Assembly: GCA_903835385.1 (NCBI GenBank)
Contig: CAILMQ010000015.1
Location: forward strand, 1,252 to 65,251
DNA length: 64,000 nucleotides
Source: an uncultured Candidatus Micrarchaeota archaeon
Lineage (GTDB): Archaea > Micrarchaeota > Micrarchaeia > Anstonellales > Bilamarchaeaceae
Reading direction: 5' to 3'
Part shown: in pieces, positions 17,971-25,184 of the stretch
Numbering within the stretch: the stretch's first letter is position 1
Layout of the letters: the number at the start of each line of letters is the position of its first letter
Position numbers and translations under genes: made by a program
Notes under the pieces: generated by a model
Told to the model about the DNA's origin: nothing
Databases searched by the model: none
What the model saw: the letters and a program-made list of their open reading frames with translations, nothing else

Positions 17971-18414
17971 TCATTCGCGCCTTTTGAGCACCTTGCCTAT
18001 GGGCTGGCCGCTTATCAGGAGGTGCTTGAGCATGTCGCGGTCCGGCACGTCCATGCGGTCTATCTGCCTGAAGCGGTCCGCGTATCTCCTGTAGGCCTTG
18101 ACCGCTGCCGCATAGGCGTCGCGTATGTGAGGGTCGACTATATTCCTGCCCATCATCCTCTTCTGCTCCTTTGTGAGCGATTTCCTCGGATGGAACAGCT
18201 TGAGCTGGTAGCGCGCCGCGACCTTTTGCACGAAATGCGAAGGGGGAGATGTGTCCGAAGCGATTAGCGACGGCGAGCCCACGGAGGATATGATTTTGAC
18301 GATTCGCTCGTCGTTCGCCTCCTTTTCCACCCCGGAGCAGACCAGGCTGCCGGAAAGGTCGAGCATTGCGTAGCCGGTCTTTATCCCCGCGTCAACGCCG
18401 ACAATGAGATGGAT
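17971..18414 (-). CDS. DUF460-like (RNase H-fold) archaeal protein, probable non-canonical ATC start
   Basis: The track ORF starts at Met 18366. However, the conserved N-terminal motif HLIVGVDAGIKTGYAMLDL is in frame upstream with no ATG/GTG/TTG. GAGGATGA plus 4 nt precedes the ATC at 18414. The body matches DUF460 (SPSLIASDTSPPSHFVQKVA...PHIRDAYAAAVKAY). Confidence 0.55.
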   Translation of the reverse strand: MHLIVGVDAGIKTGYAMLDLSGSLVCSGVEKEANDERIVKIISSVGSPSLIASDTSPPSHFVQKVAARYQLKLFHPRKSLTKEQKRMMGRNIVDPHIRDAYAAAVKAYRRYADRFRQIDRMDVPDRDMLKHLLISGQPIGKVLKRRE

Positions 18415-18424
18415 TGAATCATCC

Positions 18425-19660
18425 TCACTCGGTTTCTTCCTTCGCGAACCTGAGCTCCTGCTTCACATAGACGCGCGAGCGCGGCGGGACGTTCTTGTTC
18501 ACCACCACGCCCGAGCTTATCCAGCTCCCCTCGCCGATGAGCTTGCCCGGCATGGTGCAGGAGAGCACGCCGAAGCGCACCCCGTCCCCGATGACCGCGC
18601 CGAACTTGCTCCGGCCGGTGTTCGCCCAGCCGCGCTCGGTCTGCACGTTTATGGTGGAGCCGTCGAAGCGGTAGTTCGCGAGCTGCGTGCCGGAGCCGAA
18701 GTTCACGCCCTCGCCCACCACCGAGTCGCCGATGTAGGACAGGTGCTTCGCCTTTATTCCGTCGAAAAGCACGGAGTTCTTCACGGTCGTGGACTCGCCG
18801 ATTTCGCAGTCCGCCCCGATTGCGTTCACACCCCGCAGGTATGCGTTCGGGCCTATGATTGTGTTCGCCCCGATATAGGATATCCCTTCCACGTAGCTGT
18901 TGATTATCCTGGAGCCCGGCTCCATGACGAGCTTGCCCTTGATGGTGCTGTTCTCCACTGATTCGGTGCGGGCTTCCATCCTTTCCAGAAGGAACTCGTT
19001 GGCCGTGAGAAGGTCCCAGGGGTGGGCGATATCCATCCAGAAGCCGTCCACCACAACCGCTTTCGCGCCAAGGAAAAGGCTGACGATTTCATACTCCCCG
19101 CGCGCGGATTTGGGTATGGTGCGTATTTCCGAGAACACGGACGCGTCCATGCAATAGATGGAGAGGTTCGCGAGGTCGGATTTCGGGTGCTGGGATTTTT
19201 CCTCGAACAGGCTGATGGTGTCGCCCGAAAGCTCAACCACGCCGTAGAGGTGCGGGTTCGCGACCTTTTTCACTCCTATGGTTATCCTGCCCTTGTGGCC
19301 CTTTAGCACCTGTTTTATAACGCCGGAGTCGGTTACCGTGTCCCCTGCGAGCACCAGGAACGTGTCGCTTATCTCCTTCTCCGCCGCGAGTATGGCCGCC
19401 GCGGTGCCGTTCTCCGGGCCCTGTTCCACGAAAGTGAGCCTCATGCCGAGCTCCTTTTCCTTTGCCCGGAAGTAGCTGGCTATCATTTCCTTCTGGTAGC
19501 GGACGACTATCACCGCCTCGGTGACGCCCGCCTTCTTCGCCTCCAGCAGGAGATGGTGCAACATCGGCTTGCCGGCCACCGGAAGCATGACCTTGGGCCG
19601 CGTTGCCGTGAGCGGCAGCAGCCTGACTCCGTCTCCTGCCGCCATGATGACTGCTTTCAT
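18425..19660 (-). CDS. bifunctional sugar-1-phosphate nucleotidyltransferase / acetyltransferase (archaeal GlmU-like)
   Basis: N-terminus MKAVIMAAGDGVRLLPLTATRPKVMLPVAGKP (NTP-transferase G-loop). The C-terminal ~180 aa consists of hexapeptide left-handed beta-helix repeats. Confidence 0.8.
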   Translation of the reverse strand: MKAVIMAAGDGVRLLPLTATRPKVMLPVAGKPMLHHLLLEAKKAGVTEAVIVVRYQKEMIASYFRAKEKELGMRLTFVEQGPENGTAAAILAAEKEISDTFLVLAGDTVTDSGVIKQVLKGHKGRITIGVKKVANPHLYGVVELSGDTISLFEEKSQHPKSDLANLSIYCMDASVFSEIRTIPKSARGEYEIVSLFLGAKAVVVDGFWMDIAHPWDLLTANEFLLERMEARTESVENSTIKGKLVMEPGSRIINSYVEGISYIGANTIIGPNAYLRGVNAIGADCEIGESTTVKNSVLFDGIKAKHLSYIGDSVVGEGVNFGSGTQLANYRFDGSTINVQTERGWANTGRSKFGAVIGDGVRFGVLSCTMPGKLIGEGSWISSGVVVNKNVPPRSRVYVKQELRFAKEETE

Positions 19661-19730
19661 ATGGGGGTTTATGACGCCCGGCAATTATATGGTTTTCTGT
19701 TCCACGCCTTTCCAAAGAATTAAATATTCC

Positions 19731-20792
19731 ATGCCAACAATATCTGATATGCTCGACAGGAAGAAATCAGGAGACGTCCTTTCTAGTTATAAAGGCAAAT
19801 TCACAATCGCCACCATATGCTCGCACTCCTCGCTGCAGATATTCAACGGGGCACGCCGTGAGGGCATAAAGACCATAGGAATCTGCAAGCGGGAGAACCG
19901 GAAGCTCTACGAATCATTCCCGCTCGCGCGGCCCGACGAGTTCCTCATCGTGGACGATTACAAGGATATACCGGTGCCCGAGCTCGTGGCGCGCAGCGCC
20001 ATCGTGGTCCCGCACGGCTCGTTCGTGGAGTACGTGGGCGAAAAATACGACGACCTGGAGGTCCCCATTTACGGCAACCGGGCCTCGATATCATGGGAGC
20101 GCTCCCGCGACAAGATGTTCGAATGGATGAGGAAGGCCGGCATAAGGACGCCCAAGATAATGAAGCCCGAGGAAATCTCCGGTCCAGCGCTTGTCAAGTT
20201 CCCCGGCGCCAAGGGCGGACGCGGCTACACGATAGTGAGCTCCTACGAGGAGTTCAAGAGGCGGGTGGGCGAAAGGAAATGCATGATACAGGAGTTCCTC
20301 ATAGGGGTGCGCGCATACCCCCATTTCTTCTTCTCTCCGATTTCGCAGATAGGGTACCAGACCTCCCATGGGAGGCTGGAGCTGCTCGGCGTGGACAAGC
20401 GGGTGGAATCCAGCGCGGACGAGATTGCCAGGGCGGTGTCGGCGGGGCTCACGCCACGGCTGAGCTTCACGGTGATAGGCAACGAGCCCATGGTGCTCCG
20501 CGAATCGCTGCTCACGGACTACATGGACATCGGCAGGCGCATATCCGACATATCATTTCTCCTGTTCGGCGGCATGATAGGGCCGTTCTGCATCGAGACC
20601 ATAATCACGGAGGACCTGGAGATATACGCCTTCGAGCTGAGCGCGCGCATAGTAGCGGGCACGAACATGTATCCCCTCGGGTCGCCCTATTCCGCCTATT
20701 ACTACAAGGAGCCCATGTCCACGGGCAGGCGCATCGCACGCGAACTCAAGAATGCCGCGAAGAAAAAGAGATTAAAGGAGATTGTATACTGA
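19731..20792 (+). CDS. purP: 5-formaminoimidazole-4-carboxamide ribonucleotide (FAICAR) synthetase, archaeal PurP
   Basis: From the internal Met at 19731: IATICSHSSLQIFNGARREGIKTIGICK..., ATP-grasp body. The 70-aa upstream extension of the track ORF overlaps the divergent gene and is rejected. Confidence 0.85.
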   Translation: MPTISDMLDRKKSGDVLSSYKGKFTIATICSHSSLQIFNGARREGIKTIGICKRENRKLYESFPLARPDEFLIVDDYKDIPVPELVARSAIVVPHGSFVEYVGEKYDDLEVPIYGNRASISWERSRDKMFEWMRKAGIRTPKIMKPEEISGPALVKFPGAKGGRGYTIVSSYEEFKRRVGERKCMIQEFLIGVRAYPHFFFSPISQIGYQTSHGRLELLGVDKRVESSADEIARAVSAGLTPRLSFTVIGNEPMVLRESLLTDYMDIGRRISDISFLLFGGMIGPFCIETIITEDLEIYAFELSARIVAGTNMYPLGSPYSAYYYKEPMSTGRRIARELKNAAKKKRLKEIVY

Positions 20793-20802
20793 TTATGAAT
20801 GG

Positions 20803-21545
20803 GTGTTCGACATCTCCGAAAACATAGTACCGAAGCACATCGCCATCATCCCGGACGGAAAGAAGGCCTTTCAAATTTTTTAAGAAAGACTAAAACCGCA
20901 AACCGGAGATGGGCGCAGAAAAGGGGCATCAGCACCCAGGAGGGCTATGCCATCGGCATCCAGAAGATAGGCGACGTCCTCAAATGGTGCAAGGAAAAGG
21001 ACGTCCACATGCTCACTATGTGGGGCTTTTCCACCGACAACTTCAAGCGTGACAAGAACGAGATAGAGGATCTCTTCGGGCTCTTCAAGGAGAACCTGAA
21101 GAAGGGTCTCGATTCCGATGAAAAAAACAAATACGAGGTGCGCGTGCGGTTCTTCGGCAGGACACACCTGTTCCCGGGCGAAATCCAGCAGATGATAAGG
21201 AAGGTGGAGGAGATAAGCGCCAAAAACTCCGCCTACCAGCTGAACCTCCTGCTTTCCTACGGCGGAAGGGAGGAGCTGGTGGATGCCGTAAATGCCATGC
21301 TGAAGGAGGGGCTAAGGGAGGTGGACGAGAAGACGATATCGGATCATCTTTATACCGCGGGCGTTCCGGACCCGGACATGGTGATACGGACCTCGGGCGA
21401 GCAGAGGCTTTCCGGCCTGATGCCCTGGCAGTGCACATATTCGGAGTTCTACTTCTGCGACAAGCTATGGCCGGATTTCTCCAAGGACGATTTCACGGAC
21501 GCGTTGGACACGTTCAACAAGAGGAAAAGGAGATTCGGGAAATAG
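20803..21545 (+). CDS. uppS: undecaprenyl/di-trans,poly-cis-prenyl diphosphate synthase, coding sequence interrupted by a 41-nt insert (exon 1 about 20803-20860, exon 2 20902-21545)
   Basis: Frame 1 encodes (GTG)FDISENIVPKHIAIIPDG up to 20859/60. Frame 0 resumes with NRRWAQKRG... at 20902. Joining them restores the canonical HIAIIPDGNRRWA motif. The rest aligns along its length with UppS (GFSTDNF, RFFG, YGGR, IRTSGEQRLSG, RRFG). Confidence 0.8.
20861..20901 (+). other. candidate BHB (bulge-helix-bulge) intron within uppS mRNA
   Basis: Exon-exon outer helix 20843-20854/20903-20912. Central helix ACGG(20855-58)/CCGC(20896-99). Two AAA bulges (20859-61 and 20900-02). Cutting after the second bulge nucleotide on each strand removes exactly 41 nt and yields GAC GGA AAC CGG. 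Confidence 0.65.
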
Positions 21546-21560
21546 AAGCAGGATGCGAAC

Positions 21561-21944
21561 CTATGCCTGTGCCCTTACAGGTAACCGCACCTGCGGCAAG
21601 TTCCGCAACGCCTTACACGAGGGACGCTTGGGCGCGAGCGTGCTTGCGATGAGTTTCGACCTTCCATGCGGAAATTGGTCGTGTTTATAGGAGAGGCTCA
21701 GCAGCACGAAACCGACAGCCGTACGCGCTTCGGTCGAAAGCCGGCCACTGCGCAACATGCCGTCGAGCTTATTTGCTGTCTCAGGGCCGCCGTTTTCCTG
21801 CAGCCACTTCGCCGCTCCTGTCCTTTCGTTAAAATTGTTTGAAATAAGCCTGGCTAAGTTCCGCTGCTCCATTGATGCGCCATTTGTGTCGAGCGCAGAA
21901 GGTGGTTCAATCATTAGTCCGACGCAATCAGCCGACGTTGGCAT
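21561..21944 (-). CDS. small hypothetical protein, possibly one HEAT/PBS-lyase-like repeat
   Basis: Only the part downstream of the internal Met is plausible, because the upstream part of ORF 21561..22148 overlaps tRNA-Phe. ERTGAAKWLQENGGPETANKLDGMLRSGRLSTEARTAV resembles a HEAT repeat. Confidence 0.3.
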   Translation of the reverse strand: MPTSADCVGLMIEPPSALDTNGASMEQRNLARLISNNFNERTGAAKWLQENGGPETANKLDGMLRSGRLSTEARTAVGFVLLSLSYKHDQFPHGRSKLIASTLAPKRPSCKALRNLPQVRLPVRAQA

Positions 21945-22035
21945 GGGGTCACCTGCGTTACAATCGACGTGCAGATTTATAATTCTTGCGCTTTTTTCAC
22001 GATTTCCCACCCGGACCAAAAAGGAGGAAAAATAA

Positions 22036-22213
22036 TGCCGCAGGCCTGATTGACAGCTTTGCTGGCAAATTTTGGGCGCCAGCCCAAAGCTTTTGAACAA
22101 GCGACCCCACCGTTTCCGTGGGTCCCGACCGGGACACTTCAGCTTCACAGCTTCTCTTAGTTTTGAAATGCCTAAGAGAAACAGGTGTGCTCTCCCAGCT
22201 GAGCTACTGCGGC
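22036..22213 (-). tRNA. tRNA-Phe(GAA) with three intervening sequences (positions 30/31, 37/38 and T-loop ~59/60)
   Basis: Exons 22213-22184, 22143-22137, 22113-22092 and 22049-22036 assemble to GCCGCAG-TA-GCTC-AGCTGGGA-GAGC-A-CACCG-CTGAAGA-CGGTG-GGGTC-GCTTG-TTCAAAT-CAGGC-CTGCGGC-A. Intron 1 has exact 3-4-3 BHB geometry (bulge CCT, helix CACA/TGTG, bulge AAG, 11-bp inner helix). Confidence 0.85.
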
Positions 22214-22223
22214 ATAAGATTAG

Positions 22224-22895
22224 TCATGAACACGAAGTTTTTATAATAGATTCCATCTTGAGGCGCTTTCTTGGGTGTGAAGACCCGATGACGTTCAACC
22301 AATGCCGCACCATCTTATTTCCATGAATGGCAATCTTGAACGTATTTGTGTTGGATTTGCGAAATGTCGTCTTAAAACCTTCGGCGTCCAGAATTTTTCT
22401 GATGGACAAAAGCAGTTCCAAATTTTCATTTGTTATCTCTATCGTTGGGTAGTCATTTACTCCTTTTTTGTCACTGGTAAAAACCGAACCATCCGTATCG
22501 AAAATACCTCGAATGAAACGCAATCGTAAATTCCGAGATTCTACTACCTTGGATGGAATAACGCCGCAGCTTTTCTCACCACCGATGCCAAAACCAAGAT
22601 ACTTGGTCAAGAAAAGAAATAGCGCCTTTGAGTAAATTGACAATCTGAGACCCCGCCCTCTGACCCGGTAGTACACCGTTGGTTTAATGGCGCGCGTAGC
22701 ATAATCGGCGATAAAATCCATATACCCTTTGTCGTTCGGGTTGCCAGTTATCGTAATTTCATACTTGCGATTATTGGTCCAGAGGTTTCCGTCGCCCATC
22801 AAAACCCCGCAAAATTCTGCCATTTCATTATCTAAAATAAATCCGTTTCCAGAGCAAACCATAAGATTTTCAGTGCAAGGGCGGTTTATAAGCAA
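22224..22895 (-). CDS. LAGLIDADG-family homing endonuclease (double-motif, free-standing)
   Basis: 223 aa. Motif 1 FCGVLMGDGNL, motif 2 FIRGIFDTDGSV. The segment is visibly AT-rich (~40% GC) against ~60% flanks. Confidence 0.85.
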   Translation of the reverse strand: MLINRPCTENLMVCSGNGFILDNEMAEFCGVLMGDGNLWTNNRKYEITITGNPNDKGYMDFIADYATRAIKPTVYYRVRGRGLRLSIYSKALFLFLTKYLGFGIGGEKSCGVIPSKVVESRNLRLRFIRGIFDTDGSVFTSDKKGVNDYPTIEITNENLELLLSIRKILDAEGFKTTFRKSNTNTFKIAIHGNKMVRHWLNVIGSSHPRKRLKMESIIKTSCS

Positions 22896-22932
22896 TACGC
22901 GGGCGGATTTCCGCGGCTTAAGTGAACGGATG

Positions 22933-23153
22933 GGTGAGGGGCATAGTCTGCCTTCTGTGTCCCGGAAACCGGGGCGGCATTATACTAAGCACCGGAAAAC
23001 CGGCTTGCTCCGTCATCAGGAGGGAAACGCTCGTTTCATCCCTTGCGGGTATCGTTTCTGTACCGCTTCCCAGGCCCTTAAAGCCTGTGCCCCCTCGCGG
23101 AGGGCAGAACTTCCTCACTTCCTTGCGGAAGCGTGAGCCGCCTGCCCCTCACC
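22933..23153 (-). ncRNA. rnpB: RNase P RNA candidate (compact, about 221 nt)
   Basis: Minus strand. P1 GGTGAGGGGCA/TGCCCCTCACC. P2 GGCGGC/GCCGCC. P3 hairpin TCACGCTTCC-GCAA-GGAAGTGA. CR-I-like GAGGAAGTTCTGCC pairs with the CR-V-like ACAGAAGGCAGACTA to form a P4 with a bulged U. Internal GNRA hairpins. No ORF. Confidence 0.65.
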
Positions 23154-23207
23154 TGCCAATAGTATGTATGCGCATCAATAAAATCTTTCCCCTCCCCAAT
23201 CCGTCCC

Positions 23208-23798
23208 ATGCCACGCTACAAACTCATCATCTTCGACTTTGACGACACCATCGGCCACCTGACAATCCGCTGGACGGACGTCAAGAAGGAACTTGTTGAA
23301 TGGGCGGAAAAGAACGGCAAGGGGATAAACCCTGCGGAGCATATCGTCGGGATAGCGAACAAGCTGTCCGAGACTCCGGAGGGCAAGAAGAAAGTCGTGG
23401 AATTGTTCAAAAAATACGAGAGCGAATGCGTGGGGAAAAAGGCGTACCTCATGTTCCCGAGCATGGTGGAGCTGGTGAAAGGCCTGAAGAAGGCGGATTA
23501 CAGGCTGGCAATCGCTACCGGCAACAACACGGCAACGGTTTCCGCGATATTGAAGGCCGATGGGCTGCTGGGCCTTTTTGATTCCATATCCGGCATGGAC
23601 AGCGTCAGGCTGAGCAAGCCGGACCCGGAAACCCTTGACGTGATAATGGAAAAACTCGGAATCAAGAAAAAGGACGCGCTTTTCATAGGCAACAGCGAAT
23701 TCGACGTGCTGGCAGGCAGGAACGCGGGGATAGAGACGATAAGGATAAGGACGCTCTGGGAAGACGACGTGGCAATGCTGCGAAAACTCCTGCTATGA
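23208..23798 (+). CDS. HAD-superfamily hydrolase (phosphoglycolate phosphatase-like, subfamily IA)
   Basis: 196 aa. Motif I IIFDFDDT, motif II IATGN, motif III/IV K...GNSEFDVLAGRNAG. Confidence 0.8.
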   Translation: MPRYKLIIFDFDDTIGHLTIRWTDVKKELVEWAEKNGKGINPAEHIVGIANKLSETPEGKKKVVELFKKYESECVGKKAYLMFPSMVELVKGLKKADYRLAIATGNNTATVSAILKADGLLGLFDSISGMDSVRLSKPDPETLDVIMEKLGIKKKDALFIGNSEFDVLAGRNAGIETIRIRTLWEDDVAMLRKLLL

Positions 23799-25121
23799 TC
23801 AGCCCATCTTCATGTTCCCTATCTTGCCGCCCTGGAGCATCTGCTCCACCTTCTTCCGAAAGCCGCGGTTCTTCTGGAACTGGTGCATCATCTTCTCCAT
23901 CTTCTCGAATTGCGTCAGGAACTCCCGCACGTCCTTTTCCGTGCATCCCGAGCCCGCCGCGATGCGCGCCATGCGCGAGGGGTGCGCGCGGATGAGCTTC
24001 GCGTCCTTCTTCTCCGCAGGCGTCATGGAGCTTATCATGGACTCGAATTTCTTCAGCTTGTCCTCGGACTGCTGCACCATCTCCTTGGGGATGTCGGCGG
24101 CCCCTAACATGGAGAACACGTTGCCCAGCGGACCCATCTTCTTGGCCGCCTTGAGCTGCTCGTAGAACGCCTCTATAGTCAGCTCTTCCGTGGCCAGCTT
24201 CTCCAGGTCCTGCTCCTTGGATATCTTTTCTACCTTTTCCATGAGGCCCTTGATGTCGGGGACCCCGAGAAGCCTGCCCACGAACCGCTGCGCGTCGTAG
24301 GCTTCGAAATCATTCATCTTCTCGCCCATGCCGATGAAGGCGATTTTCGCGCCGGTTGAAGCCACCGCGCTGAGCGCCCCGCCGCCCTTGCCCGAGCCGT
24401 CCATTTTCGTTACAACCACTCCTGAAAGAGGCACGGCGGAATTGAATTCCTCGGCCTGCTTGCCAGCCACCTGGCCGATGTCAGCGGAAACGACGAGGTA
24501 GGTTTCCTCCTGCCCGAGTTCCGATGCGATTGCCTTGAGCTCCTCCACCATCTGGCCGTCGAAAGCAGAACGGCCCGCAGAATCTACAATCACGACCTCG
24601 TCCTTGGAGCGCGAGAGCGCGTCCTTCACGATTTTCGCCGCGCTCTTCTCTCCTTTAATGGTGTAGAAATTGGCATTCACCTGTTTCGCCAGCTGCTCCA
24701 GCTGCTCCTGTGCCGCCGGCCGGTCTACGTCAGCGGCGACCATGCCGACCGAAAGCCCCTTTGATTTGTAGTAATTGGCTATTTTCGCGGTGGTCGTGGT
24801 CTTGCCGCTTCCGAACAGGCCGCAGAGCAGTATTTTGTGCCTGTCCAGCCTGGGCGAGTAGCTCTCGCCCATCATTGCCGCGAGCTCCTCGTACACGACC
24901 TTCATCACGTGCTCGCGCAGCGTGAGCGCCTCCAGCTTCTGGCTTTTCAGCGCGCGCTCCTCTATCCTTTTGGAGAGCTGGAACACCATCTTGACATTGA
25001 CGTCCGAGCTGATTAGCACCCTTTGGAGGTCCTTTATGAGCGAGCGCACCGCGTCCTCGTCAACGTAGGGCCGGTTGGTAAGCTTCGCCAGCGCCTCACG
25101 GAGTTTCTTGCCCAGGTCCAT
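23799..25121 (-). CDS. srp54: signal recognition particle protein SRP54
   Basis: 440 aa. N domain, G domain GLFGSGKTTTTAKIA / DSAGR / TKMDG, Met-rich M domain at the C-terminus. Confidence 0.92.
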   Translation of the reverse strand: MDLGKKLREALAKLTNRPYVDEDAVRSLIKDLQRVLISSDVNVKMVFQLSKRIEERALKSQKLEALTLREHVMKVVYEELAAMMGESYSPRLDRHKILLCGLFGSGKTTTTAKIANYYKSKGLSVGMVAADVDRPAAQEQLEQLAKQVNANFYTIKGEKSAAKIVKDALSRSKDEVVIVDSAGRSAFDGQMVEELKAIASELGQEETYLVVSADIGQVAGKQAEEFNSAVPLSGVVVTKMDGSGKGGGALSAVASTGAKIAFIGMGEKMNDFEAYDAQRFVGRLLGVPDIKGLMEKVEKISKEQDLEKLATEELTIEAFYEQLKAAKKMGPLGNVFSMLGAADIPKEMVQQSEDKLKKFESMISSMTPAEKKDAKLIRAHPSRMARIAAGSGCTEKDVREFLTQFEKMEKMMHQFQKNRGFRKKVEQMLQGGKIGNMKMG

Positions 25122-25184
25122 TTCAATATCACACTCATATGGCTAAATATCACAATCGCACGGAGCGCGCGGCGTGGCGGCAGT

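Noticed and set aside
20799-21545. Uninterrupted 248-aa ORF for uppS starting at ATG 20799, as given in the ORF track
   Set aside because: Its first ~35 residues (MGVRHLRKHSTEAHRHHPGRKEGLSNFLRKTKTA) are an out-of-frame reading of the conserved PKHIAIIPDG segment plus the 41-nt insert. The product would lack the catalytic Asp-Gly of the DGNRRWA motif. The split-gene model is preferred.
21945-22148. N-terminal extension of ORF 21561..22148
   Set aside because: It overlaps exons and introns of tRNA-Phe (22036-22213) on the same strand. Only the part downstream of the internal Met is retained, at low confidence.
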